Below, one piece after another: positions 27,395 through 41,400 of a stretch of DNA of 64,000 bases. Under the pieces are notes generated by a model that made no database searches, was not told the origin of the DNA, and saw nothing but the letters and a program-made list of their open reading frames with translations. The translations under genes were made by a program, and so were the position numbers. The stretch lies in NCBI RefSeq assembly GCF_009914755.1, contig NC_060932.1; one strand, 5' to 3'. The stretch comes from the human T2T-CHM13v2.0 reference genome, Homo sapiens. How positions within the stretch are numbered: the stretch's first letter is position 1; every line of letters starts with the position of its first letter.

Positions 27395-27631
27395 TGACAA
27401 CAATTTTGTCTGTTTGGTTATTGCTACATTCACAGCATGTAGAGTAGTGCCTGGATATTATATATACTCTGAAACCATTTGCTTTTTTAGCTAAATGTAA
27501 AGTGCTTAAAAAGTGGGCGGTAGAAAATGTGCAATAAAAGTTGGTTTTCTATTATGCTTTGGTGACAACCTGCCCATAGTAACTTGCAGATTTCTAATCT
27601 TATACAGGTACTTATGTATTAGAAAACAGTC

Positions 27632-27939
<308 letters not shown>

Positions 27940-28695
27940 GAAAACAGTTGACTAATGATTCTCTTGCCAATAGTTTCAAACCTGTGTACTTATTTGCTAT
28001 ATGTGGTATTATCATCACCTGGAGAAGAACCTTGAGAAAGCTGAATTACACCAACACTTGAGTGCCCAGGTTATTTGTAATTTTCTGGGATTGTAAGTCA
28101 TCTTTGCTGACTGCTCAGCCTATGTGCAGCTTTCATTTTTCACTAGTTTTTCTTTTTTCTTTCCTTAAGCTTTCTTGTTCCTAATCTTGATTCTCTCTTA
28201 GCCTTTTTCCTCTGTTTCCTTTTTTTCTTCAACTTTTAAATGGGAGGCAATCTTTGAAGGTCAATTCTAACCTGCTTATTTTTATATTTCATCTAGCCTT
28301 TCTGGCCCATTTTATTGACTCATGTAGCTTTAAGTAAATCTACTTTTATCCCTAACCCTGGCCATCTCCCAAGTCATGGGCTACTGTGTTCCCACACATA
28401 ACAGCATAACATTTTTTTCACACATTTGAAATATGAGTGATTTTGAAATCCTCTTCTTCCCCCTCCAGAAACCTGATAACATTCAGAGCCTTCTCTGTTC
28501 TGCCTTTACAGTGATTTTCATGTCTGCCACTTCCTTCATGCAATCCCCATATGAGTTCTGGCACTTATCTGTCACCACCTGGATAGTGATGGTTTTCTAC
28601 TTGGTTTCCCACCTTGGGTAGATATCTCCTCCAGTCTACCATACATATCACTGCCAGGATTATATTCTTTATGACAAGGTCAAATAATATTTCTT

Positions 28696-28984
28696 GGCTG
28701 GGCGCGGTGGCTCATGCCTGTAATCCTAACACTTTGGGAGGCAGAGCTGGGCAGATTGTTTGAGTCCTGGGGTTCCAGACCAGCATGGGCAACGTGGCGA
28801 AACACTGTCTATGCAAAAAGTACAAAAAATTAGCCAGTTGTGGTGGCATGCACCTGTAGTCCCAGCTACTTGGAAGGCTGAGGTGGGAAGACCACATGTG
28901 CCTGGCATGTCAAGGCACAGTGAGCCAAGATTATGCCCCTGCACTCCAGCCTGGGCAACAGAGCAAGACCCAACCTCAAAAGAA
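28696..28984 (+). mobile_element. Alu (AluJ-like)
   Basis: Divergent full dimer; its 3' end is duplicated downstream. Confidence 0.9.
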
Positions 28985-29135
28985 TATTGTATGCTCAAAA
29001 GCCACATAAGTCTCAATCACAGTAAGCCAAGGCACAGTGAGCCCAGATTATGCCCCTGCACTCCAGCCTGGGCAACAGAGCAAGACCCAACCTCAAAAAA
29101 ATATTGTATGCTCAAAAGCCACATAAGTCTCAATC
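28911..29135. repeat. 108-bp tandem duplication with 9-nt junction insert
   Basis: 28911-29018 vs 29028-29135, 2 mismatches. Confidence 0.97.
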
Positions 29136-29240
29136 CTTTTCTTTTCAGTTGTATCCCTCCTTATATCCTTTTCATGTGTCTTTGTTTCTTTATGTGAAAC
29201 TCAATCTACTCATCATTCTCTTAATATTGTCTTCTTCCAC

Positions 29241-29735
29241 TGTTATAAGCAGAATAATGGTCTCCCAGAGATATCCTAATCCCTGAAACCTGTGAATATG
29301 TTAGGTTAGATGGACTTGAAGTTGCTACTCAGCTGACCTTAAAATAGGAAGAGGATCTGGATTTCTCAGGTGGGCCCAGTGCAATCCCAGGGGTCCTTAA
29401 AAGTGAAAGAGGAAAGCAGAGGAGAGGAGTTAGAGGGGGATGTTATCGTAGAAGACAATGCAGAGAACTCCATCCACCGTTGCTCATTTTGAAGGTGGAG
29501 GAAGGGACCATGAGCCAAGGTGTGTGGGCAGCTTCTAGAACCTGGAAAAGGCAAGGAAATAGGGTTATTTTCCTATAGTATCCAAAAAGGAACACAGGCT
29601 GCTGACAACTGATTTTGCCCAGTGATGCCTGTATTAGACTTTTAACCTTCAGAACTATAAGATGACGAATTTGTGTTGTAAGGCACCAAGCTTGTAGTAG
29701 ATGATTTGTTACAGCAGCAGGATGAAACTGATACT
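29241..29735 (+). mobile_element. MLT1D-like MaLR LTR
   Basis: tgttataagcagaataatgg...aggtgggcccagtgcaatc...tttgttacagcagcag...aaactgatac. Confidence 0.85.
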
Positions 29736-31204
29736 CCTACCTTCATGCTTTTTCCTCATGCTGATCATAATGTTGGGAATAATCTTCCTCTTCACAAGGA
29801 GTTACCGAAGTCTAATAAAGATGTCAAGGTCCAGTACTAATATCACCTGCTCCAAGACTTCCCAGATTCTTACAGTCAGAATTCATCTCTCACTGTCTCT
29901 TGAACATAACTAAAACCTTATGTTCTGTATCAGCACTTTTTTTCTTATTAGATACCTGTGTATGCATGTGTGTGCCTAACCTTGGATTTGAGTGTCCAGG
30001 AAGTAGGATTTATATATAATTTGTCTTTGCATCCTTCTGCATTATCTAATTCATAAAACTTTACATTCAAGCCAGTGCTTTTTTAATCAGATTGTAAAAA
30101 TGCAACACATTGGAAATGGTACTGAGCTTTAGAGTCCTAAATGCCCACAAGATGGTGTTATTTCCTTAAAAAAGTCATTTCTATTATCCCATGAGACTAT
30201 TTCTCATGGACGCCATTCAAAAATGGAAATTCAATTTTTAGTTGAAAATGAGAAAAGTTTGGATTTCAACAGTCCTGTATTTGCCATCATAATTTACAGA
30301 TTTTTTCATATTTTATGTAATGAGAATTTCATTGATCATATAAAAAGAGAGGTTGGTATTCACATATATTGAAATAAAAACAATCTCTGCCTCATAGGAC
30401 TTTTCTAGACAGCACAACTGCATGCTCCCAAGTGCAGTATAGGCCAATGGTGGATTGTGTTTCTTTGAGCATGGTTGTATTACGTAGCATATTTTTGGAA
30501 TTTCTTTCTGCAAGAAGTGAGGAGAAAATGGGAAAATTGTACCACTTGCTGCAACTTAATTTTACTTTTTCTTGGAATAAAAATGATTAAAGTCTAGGAT
30601 GCTGTCTCCTAGAGACTCTTTGACAAGGGGTGAAATTCCAGGTCATGGAAATAACTATAAAATTAGTGGGTGAAAACATTTGTGATACCTTGTGACGCTT
30701 TCTCAGACAAGCAGGTTTTGAGTGTGTAAGTTCAGAAATTCGTACTCCCTCACAGTTTTTTCTTAAGACGAATTCCTTAAAACATGCCCATAACTCAAGT
30801 GCCAGTTGTCTTTGAGCACTGGATGGATAGTTTGTAATTTCTAATGTCCTTTCCTGAGAACCCAGCTGAGGTTACCTGTTCTTTCCTCAATGCTGAATTC
30901 ATCATGGAACTGTGCTCTGGGAAGATGAGGAAGTGGGAAGTGTGTGGACACACCAAATTAGCTGGTTTCAAAGTGGGAGTGGATTGACAGCTTGAAAGCA
31001 GAAATTAAGCTATGAAGGCAGGGTAGAAGATAATTTAGATTCAGCTGCAGTACATGAGGTTTTTGGATTCATCCTCTTAGATATGCAGCATTAATGTTCA
31101 AACTAATCCAGAACCTTTATATTTGAAACCTTCCATGCCATAATGAAACTATGACAGGCAAAAAAAAAAAAAAAAAAGAAGAAGAAAAAATCAGACTTGT
31201 TTGA

Positions 31205-31535
31205 GTAACCTATCAATAACTGTCTCCAAATATTTAAAGAACTTTCAGATAGTGAAGGGAGAAGATGTGTTCTCATCCAGTATCTATTTTAGGGCAAAAC
31301 TAGGACCTTTGGGCAGATGTTGGGGTAGGGTGGAGGGAATAGAACTCATTCAAGATTACCAAGCACTATCTTCCAACAAGAGCTGTGTAATCATGGAGTG
31401 TGTTTCTGATAACGAAAAGCTTTCGCCAAATGGCTAGATGATCACTTTTTAGTGGGAGATTGTTTGAGAAGTAGTATTAGATCACCAATGACCAATGTGA
31501 TATTTTTTCCTACCAAATCTAAAATTCTGTGATCT
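31205..31535 (+). mobile_element. L3/CR1 3' fragment
   Basis: actgtctccaaatatttaaag...agggcaaaactaggacc...ggctagatgatcactt...attctgtgat. Confidence 0.5.
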
Positions 31536-32829
31536 TATCAAAAGGATATATAAACAATCCTTTTATGAATTCTTTAAGATTCTCTCAAAGAAATTGAGAA
31601 ATGTGTCAACTTTTTCCTTAAGGATAACACAAAGTTTAAAATTATTAAAGCAGATATTTACCTGCTTTTACTATGAATTAGATAAATTTCTCAATGTCAA
31701 AACCAAGATGGCATTCAGAATGTAATAGTTGAAACTAACTTAGCCCGGTAATGTGTTGGTCGTTTAGGGATTGCCCTATATTAGAGTAATGAATAACTAT
31801 TGAGAGCATGTGCACGTGAAGACACAGATAAACAGGGATAGGCAAGTACTTTTGACCACTCCCAAGGACAGAGATCACTAGCTCTCTTTTACCACTTTAT
31901 AGGATTCTCTGTTTGCCTGCACTCTTTGAGAAAATCAAAATCATCCTTCACTTTGGGTAAAATAATGCATTGTTGTAAAAGTTCGATTTCAGTGCTGATT
32001 TTTCCTATAAAGGAGAAATTAGTTGTCAAATGTGGACATTCAGTTCCCAGCTATCTATTGTATGAGTTGAAATGAGTTGTCAAATTTGAATATTCAGTGC
32101 CTAGCTATCTCAAATATAGAAAGCCGTGATTTCCCTAAGTTGGTAGTGTTATTGTCTGTGTCCTCTGTCTCCTTGAGTTATTACATTCATGTGTAAACGT
32201 GGAGGACAGAATTCTCTATTTTTTAAAGTTATGTCACAACTTGGAATGGTTTCCAGCACTAACTACTTTATCACCTGGCCAGCTGCAGCAAATTGCTCTG
32301 GGACATTTAATCTTGAAAAGTGATTGCAGTCACATTTTGCCATCATTCCTGAATAGCAATACATGGTGTCATTGAAAACACCTCCTGGCAAAGAAGGTGT
32401 GATTTCCACGGGACAATGCGGATGACTTTTTAATTAAGATTCTTGTCTTCAGCCTGCTGCCTTACCAGGTGAGTTAGAAGAAAACTGAGGGTGTGGGAGT
32501 GCTTGGGAAACAAGAGAGCCCTTGCTAATTGGAGTTAGAAATAGGAGAAAAGTGGCCAGCAAAGCCTCTGCAGAGAGAAAATAAATATTCGTGCCATGTG
32601 GAGGTGGGAGTTGGAGAGGGTGGTAGCTGATATGAAATAATCTATTATTGCACCTTCCTCACTAACAGGACTCTTGTGATATAACAGGAGGCATCAACCT
32701 ATTCTCATCAAAGAGAATGCAAGTTTTATGAACGGCATTCATTTATCAGACCTGTGTAGGTAAAAACTTCTCCTTATCAGGAGGAAGTATACTTATTAGT
32801 TAATACTCGAAGTCAAATACATAGATTTA

Positions 32830-33000
32830 AGCTTAGACAGCCCATTTATGTTCTATGAGTCTCATTTCCTTCATTTTAAAGTGGGGGTAATAATTTGCCT
32901 AATAGCATTGCCTTGCCAAGTTAAAGTAAATGGAATAATGCATGAAAGCTCTTAGCCTAGTATTCTTCATATGGGGAGTAATCAGTAAATAGAAGTAAAT
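32830..33000 (+). mobile_element. MIR SINE
   Basis: tgagtctcatttccttcattttaaagtgggggtaataa...aatgcatgaaagctcttagc. Confidence 0.6.
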
Positions 33001-34062
33001 AGTATCTTCAGATCCAAAGCTAAAGAGCCCATAGATTACCAAAAACATTGTCATCATTTACTGGGACAGCCCATATTGAGTGTCTATGTTTGTGGGGAAA
33101 GGGACCGTATAGCCTTGATTTAATAACTTTCTTTGCTTTGGAATACTCACTTAATATACTCTCTGTGCTTTAATTTATTTACCTTTCCAGAGCACGATAA
33201 TACCAACTGCTCAATTACTTTGCAGAGAAGTAAAAAAGGTAGAGATTATAAATCTATGTAATATTTCCATTTGACTAAAGAAGGGCATTTAAGGAAAACT
33301 ACAACACATTTCCCCAGAAAGACCTGAATGACGAATATGAGGTTTTCAGCTCAAAATCAGGTCTCATGACTTCATTATTGGATTTGCACCTAACATAGAT
33401 CATAATTTTTGTATCTTATGAGAGGAACAAATATCAAAATATGATACAGCTTTAGGTATATGTTAGAGGCCCTTTCTTGGTTGTACGGGAATGAAGGAAA
33501 GGACACTGGAACTTCTTGCCCTTCTTCAATGTATGCTACATAATTATTAAGCCACTCCTCACCTTTTGAGTACAATTGATGAAGGATGTTGTAAACATAG
33601 TGCTGGACAAATCACTGGTCTCAATACATACTTTTTAATTTTGATTTTGAATGACTTTCCAGCTGAATATTAAGTAGAATTATGAACAAACATTCAGCCA
33701 GGAGCTAAGAACACAAAGTAAATAAATACAACTAGTAATTGAGGAGACAAATGTATATTTAAATAATTACAGTTCATTTAGGCAGGTACTAATGTAGGTC
33801 TGTGTGAAATGGCTTGTAAGCACCTCAGGATGGTGTTGGGGACATTAGAGAAAGACTCCTCTTTTAAATATGGTTTTGAGGCCATAACATAAAATCTTAG
33901 GTAATTTATTCATTAACATAACAAACATTTATTGCGTCTCTTCTGCAGGTCATGACACCTTGTTGACCTAGGGGAATTGGCCATGGATCCTGATATTGAG
34001 ATTATGGTCTAGCAGGGGAAGGAAGATGTACACATGTGTACTTAGTGCAAAGAATGAGCATA

Positions 34063-34408
<346 letters not shown>

Positions 34409-36894
34409 AGAATGAGCAGAGTTGGTATGGCACTGACTTGTGAAGCACAGCTTAGCAGCATTGGGTGAGAACACCACCTCCAAGGCCTTACATTTGTATT
34501 GTGTGTTTGTCACTTAGGCATTGCATCAACTGTTTGGGGTTGAGTTCCCATTTTGTAACTATAAAAACTAACTCAAAGAGATTTAATTATTAGTCTTAAC
34601 TTCACACAGCAAGTTATTAGAGATCTCAGCACTCAAACCTGACTTCTCAGTTCTAGTACCCCGGGGCCAGTTCCTCCATCACTGCTGTCTGTTCAACCCC
34701 TCCCCTCAATACCGAGCTGTTGCTTGAGAAGGAATATTCTGTGACCTTGTTCTGCAGCTAAAGATGACAGAAACTGTTTAGCCACTAACAACCTTTTCAT
34801 CTCACATTTATTTCAAGCCCCTAAGATCCAAGTAGTAACTATACCAGGAGATTCCTTGAGCAAATGAATATCACTATTGACTTACTTATGTCACAGAAGG
34901 TTTGATTAAAATATTTCACAGGAATAGAGAATTGAGGAATTAGGCAGTGTGCATCCTCCTCTCAGCAAATAGAAGACACTGCATGAAGCTAGCAATACTT
35001 TAACAAAGCATTCAGTGAGGTTTTTTTAATAATTAAAGTGAATTATAACACCTTGTAAACCAACGTATAATATTGGAGAAAATAAATGAAAGATTTTTTT
35101 CTGTATTAACTCAAGTTCCCCAGTGGACCTTAAAGAAATTAATACCAAAAGAAAAATAGCAAAAGCATCTAAATTTTGCTATAGTGGATTCTATTGCTTT
35201 ACACCTTTCTCTTGTTAGCTTTTCCTTGTGTTTTTTCTTTGTTTTTCCTCCTTCATGGTTAAGAAAAATAATATTCTAAGATCTAGCAAAGCTATTGTGA
35301 TGCAGTAGACCACAACCATTTCTTTGTTTCCTTTAATGAATTACACAAACGCATACTGGTAAAGACATCTTTTGCCTGGTGGCTATTATAGAATGTGATG
35401 TTTGGTGAGTGTTTAAAGATCCATTGAGTTATTAAAAGAGGAAGCTGCCATTACACTGAGATATATTGATGCCTTATTGTGGTTTATTGCCAACCATGCA
35501 ATGACTAAATAAATTAAACAAAACAAAATAAGCAGATATCTCAGTGTTTTCTTTGTGAATCAGTACTAGACAGGTAAAACTTAAATTTTCTTAGTTCCTA
35601 TCTTTAAGAAGTTAAGATGACAAGAACAAACTGAAAGGGACACAGACTACAAGTATATAATATTTAAATGAAGTTGCTACTTATGTAGAAATGAAAGATC
35701 AAATCTATTGTAAGAAGGCAAAAGAATCTTGATTTGTATATTTAGAAAAGGAGATCTCATCAGAAGAACACTTATTATTCCCATAGGTAGGAAAACTGTC
35801 ATGGTGAAGCAGAGTTGTGTAGGGGATGTGGGCATAGGTGGGGAACCTCTACTCACAAGAGGAGAAGGTTTGGTGAGCATCAGTTTAGGAGAATAGGCCA
35901 CAATAATGGTGTGATGAGTGACTTCTGGAGAAGTGAGTGGGTTGACAGGATGAGTAGAAACTTGATAAGTGGTCTTAACCTGAGATGAATGTTGGAGTGG
36001 GAGGAAGGTACAAAAAAAAAGCCTATTCAGAAAAACACTGAGAAAAATGTGAGGCTTTTGATCTTGATGCTGAGTGCCCTGGTAAGCAACCAGGTGAACT
36101 ATAACCTTGTGTTTTTAGGGGAAATCAAGACTGACAAGAATGATAGCACACTTATCAGAAGGGATATGGGAAATAGAGACCATTCTGGGGGCAAAAAAAT
36201 AAAATAGTGCATGACATTTCTATCACCATAAAGCCCCAAGGAAAATTAAAGCGAGAAAATACTCTTTGTTCAGAAACCCTGAACGGAGAATCCTGTTGAA
36301 GCTCAAAAGAGGAAAAGTGAGTTACTTAAAACCATAGAAGTATTTAGTTGCCAGGATGAATAAAGAATGCAAGCTTCTCACCTTGGACATTGCCATATGT
36401 TACTTGGCCTCACATGAAGGGTAGTGAGTAGAGAGTGGGAAAGAATGATAGATGGAAAATAAAGATCCCGGGATGAAAGCGTTTCATCCAAATGTTGGAT
36501 TTTCCACAGGTGGTCAATGACACCAGGTGGGAGTAACAAAAATAAGTTACAGAGGCACACCAGAGTTGGTCTTATTGGGCTGTCTGAGCAGTAAACTAAG
36601 TAAAATAGAATGTGAAAATAATATTCAAGTTGCCAATTGTAGAGTGTAATGTTTCTTTAAATGTGATTACACTGAAAATAGATAACAAAACTTCCAAGAA
36701 GCAAATGAGCCAATGACCTCAATTACAAGGGAAGATGCCAACCTCAGTTGACAATGCAGGAGAAATGAGAGATGGTGTAGTATTTGGAAACAGGTCTAGG
36801 GAAGTCATCTGGGGATGTCCCAGAGGATGGGGAGGGGAGAATATCAGCACTGAAGAAAAGAGACAGTTAAAAAAGGCTATTGCAAATTAGCGAA

Positions 36895-37030
36895 CTCAGA
36901 TTTACTCTAGAAGATAAGTTCCATGAGGACAGGAATTTTTGTAAGCTTTATTCACTGCCATATCCACAGCTTTAAGAATAGTGGCTGGCACGTGGTATGC
37001 ATCCAATAAGTATTTGGTAGGTGGAATGGT
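36895..37030 (+). mobile_element. L2 3' end
   Basis: taagttccatgaggacaggaatttt...ttcactgccatatcc...agaatagtggctggcacgtggta. Confidence 0.75.
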
Positions 37031-37369
37031 GAGCAAATCCCTCACACACTTTTTTCTCATCCACTGCACATTAATTGACACCCATTATTAAAAGATACAT
37101 TCTTAATATATTTTTTATGTTGAAAGAATTCACTTTACAAGCTCGAGTCCCCTGCAGCTCCAAGAATTATGTGAAGCACATCTAATCATTCACCTTGTTA
37201 AGTCAGTGTTCTCAACTGAGGGAACTGAATGGCAGAAGGTTGAAACCACCAGGATGATTACATTATTATATTCCATTTGTTTTGAGGCATTAAGTAAAAA
37301 TCTAACATATGTGGACACAATTAACAATATAACAGTGATATTTTTGGCTATTTATGGGGTGTGTGTAGA

Positions 37370-37719
37370 TGTGTGTGTCTTTGTGTTGTTATAACAGAAT
37401 ATGTGAGCCTGGCTAATGTATTGACAGAAATGTGTTAATTTATTAACAGAAATTTGTTGGCTCTGAGTTCAAGGGGTTGGCATCTGGTGAGGGCCTTTTT
37501 TGCTGTGTCCTCCCATGGCAGAAGGGCAAAGAAAGCAAGAGGACAAGAGGAGGCTGAACTCATAAGGAACCCACTCCTGGAATAACAGCATTAATCTGTT
37601 CATGAGGACGGTGCCTTCATGACCCCAACACCTCCCATTAAGTTTACCTCCCAACACCACTGAATTGGAGATCAAGTTTCTAATACAGGACCTTTGGAGG
37701 ACACATTCACACCATAGCA
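37370..37719 (-). mobile_element. MST (MSTC/D-like) MaLR LTR
   Basis: catctggtgagggcctt...cccatggcagaagggc...ttggaggacacattcacaccatagca. Confidence 0.85.
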
Positions 37720-38169
37720 GTGTGCACATGCACTATAGGATGTTATATCCAGATGTACATCCATGCAATGTGTTCATTAGAGATATTACCAATTGTAATT
37801 TTCCCCTTTATATTCTACTCACAGTTTTCCTAGTTGTTTACCACAGTTCTTAACCATGTCTATTTTCTGATCCTTCATATATGCAAAGACAAAAGAATTG
37901 TTCCTTTTTGTTTGATACTGTTTTTGTTTTTAATGATTTTCCAACTTATGTAGTTACCTCAGCAGAACATCAGAAGATAATACTTTCTACCACCCAAAAT
38001 AGAGATAGCGACTGTTGAGAGGTGGACTGTAGAAATATGAGAAAAAGACCATTTGAGATACGATGTATATGATATACATATAATATTATATGTAAGTTAT
38101 AATTGCTATCGTAGTTGAGTTTGAACACTTTAAATATTCCATAAACTTCTCTATTTTTACTGGCCTATC

Positions 38170-38410
38170 CTGCAATAAGGGTGAAGCTGTGGGGCTTTCT
38201 CTGCCTCAGCAACCTTGGAGGCCCCCTGTGGCGATTGGCACCATCACAGCCTGGCGGGATTGGGGATCCCTGAGTTCTGGATGGAGAGGGTCCCCCTTGA
38301 CCTGCTTAGAACTGTATGTGAGCAGGAAATAACCTCTCATTGCATGAGGCCATTGAGATTTCATTGGTTGTTGCAGTAGCTAAGATAATAAATTCCCTTG
38401 ACTAATAAAA
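38170..38410 (+). mobile_element. Old MLT1 (J/K-like) LTR fragment
   Basis: gtgagcaggaaataacct...gaggccattgagattt...ttgttgcagtagc...tgactaata. Confidence 0.6.
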
Positions 38411-41400
38411 CTTTCTATAAGGCTTTAGTGAACTGATCCACTTCACAGTGGTGGAAAGGAGGCTCAGCAGAGGAGTGAATCATGCACATCCCCTTAGGTG
38501 GGGCATTGGTAATCTGAGTGTCAGTAGGTGAGTGAGGTCATTCATTATGTAAATCACTTAGATCCTGGGAGGGTACATTGTGAAAAGGAAATGGGGGTTG
38601 ATTTCAGTGGTTCTCTCTGGATGGGTCTCAGAGGCTTTATCTGGGCCTTCAGTATTTAGGAGAATAGCAGTAAATACTCAGGGATAAGGGAAAGAGTGTC
38701 TCTGTTTTGTTTTACTTGCTTTGTTTTTCCTTGAACTTGGAGAAAAGTATTAAAGGAGTAGGAGGTGAATTTGGGAGTCCAGACTTGGTACTATCAGTAT
38801 CAGTCAAATTGAGGGGACCCCAATGAGACAGAGGGATAAAGGCCGAAGGAGAGCCAGGTCTGTGTCTGCTGAATATCCATTTTTCTCCACATTCTGTCCA
38901 TTTTTGTTAGGCATGCCTACACAGTAGCCAAGTGGAGGCCCAGAAGGGGACCTAAAAACAGCCACCACGGCCACCCAGAGCCTTGCCACCTGCTTGCCTG
39001 TTGCTGGCTCTGTCTGGGGACTTGAACTTTGGGCTTCTCTGTTCTTGTGTACTTGATGTGTGTCAACTCCCACCTTCTACAGTCCTCAGGCTTATCTTGT
39101 GCCTGTAGTCTTTCCCAGGGATTTCCCAAAGGAACCCAACTATAGCTGTTTTTGCCAGTACTGGCTCCTCTCAATGGGCTTGTGGGAAGAGAATGGGGTG
39201 GGAGGTACATGTCAACACCTTTTTCCAGAATTACCCATCCTGAAAACCGTCTGTCTGCTTTGCATTGTGTTTTAACAAAGGGGTGGGGACAAATTGGTTT
39301 GGATCCAAATTTTTTGTTTTGAGTTTAAAAACAATTGCAGCATAGATTCATCCTATCAAGACTTTACTTATGACCATAATGACCCATCCCTTTTACTGTT
39401 CTGTGCATCTGTGGGAAGTTTGCCACCCGTGTTAAACTCAGAGTAGAATCATTTTTTTTCTACTATGGAACATCTGTGAATCACCAGCTGGCAGATGCTA
39501 GTGCCATCATTTTCAACTAATGCTTACTGAGTGCCCACTAGGCTCTTGGTCTGAAATAAACAGTGAAGTTACTAGATTGAAAGCCTTTTGAGGACAGTGT
39601 TTTTGTCATCAGTGACTCTATCGTATATTGCACACAAAAAGATCTCAATTAACAACATCTCTCGCTCTGGATTTAAGGCAGTTGTGCTATGTGCAAGCTG
39701 GAATAATTCTCTTTGGCTCAGGATTGTTTACTGTCTTCTGCTGTTGGGTTAGGGCCATTATTTCTGCAGTTGCCTTTTAAGAAATGAGCCTTCAGATGAC
39801 TCTACTGCAAACAAAAGTCTGGGAACTGAGTTAGGCAATGGGCCTTCACAAGTACACTGGAATAGGCAAAATACCACTCCCAACACCCGAGTTATAATCC
39901 TGGCTATGCTGTGAGGTCAACTAGACACTTCCCCTCTTTGAGTATTAGTCCATTCATCTAGCTATAAAGATGTATGAAAATTCTTACAAAGTTTTCTTCT
40001 GACTCTAATATTTGATGAATCTCTTTCACAGCATTTTCCCAGGGAAGTATTTTATGGTATTGTATATGATACGCCAATAAGGACAAAGGAGATGTGTATC
40101 TTTTGTGATTTAGAACATGAACACTCTCTGGCCAACACTCTGAACCTTACCTCCAGGGTCAGAGCAGTAGCGTCTGCTGTTCTCACCACTGCCAATGACA
40201 AGTGTCTTCCCTTCGTTTATTTCAGAGCTAAGTTTTCCTCCTTTATCTCGTACCCTGCCTTCTGAAAGGCTACTGTCCTAGATTAGTCTCCAGTGACATT
40301 TCAGACCTCTCCTGAAAATTAAGGCAGCTTACCATCTATGGCAGTTCAATCCTGTTTATTTTTCTTCTCAAAGCTCAGGCTGGAAAATAAATGAAGGATT
40401 TTGCATACATATTTTTTTCCATTTCTTTCAAGCTTCACAGCCCAGGGCTTGGACGTTGTACTGTGATGCTTTGATCACCAATTCTAACATTAATATTGAT
40501 TTCCATTCTGCTTCCCCCAGCCTTCTTTGCTCCTAGACTTAGGTTCTTCTCTCTGCATCTTATTCCTTCTGTGATCATTATAGCAGTGCATTCATTTGAA
40601 TGTTTAGCATCATCTGTCCATTACATTTACCAGGCAGCCCCCTTGTAGGTCCTTCTGGTCTATCTGATGTGCTGTACTTGAAAAGATACTCCTTCTCATC
40701 TTCTTAGGTAATTTTCTTTGTGCTTTAAAGGTCATTTGCCTGCTTTCTGTGAGTCATTTCATTTAATTTTGAAATTATTCCATGGCCGAATTTTAACGTG
40801 TTCAAGCCTTAGAATGTAGCCCTTTTCTCTTTGATTAGTTTAAGAATTTCCTTTTCATTTCTCATAATAACTTCTAGTTTGAATAATGCTTCCATAAGGC
40901 TGAGACTCATAGTATTTTATTTTTCTCTTTTGTCTTTTTTTTTTGTTTGGTCTTTCTTATTCATTACATGTCATTTGGATATTTACTGGCATAGTTTTAA
41001 AATCAGCATCACATCATTGAAAATCAACCTCTGGTTTCTTTTTTCACAGAATGATTTTTATGATGCTCACTATTTGAAGATGCAACTGCTGATTATGCTA
41101 ATTTTTGTAAGAAAGAATTATTCTTGAATTAGTATGTGGAGAAAATTTGCATGAATCCATGCACAGGCTATTCTGACACCCAATCAAAGACAATCATGTG
41201 TGGCTACTAAGTAACATGGAAAGGAAAAAAAAATGTTTACAAAAATCAACTGAAACGTCAAAATTCATCTAGAGTCTCGTGGCCCCTGAACTTAAGATCG
41301 CATTTTTATTCTGTGATTTTTACCAAATAGCCACTAGTTAACACTCAGTGGTAATATTTGATACATAGCGCAACTTATAAAAAAAATATGTAGAATGTCA

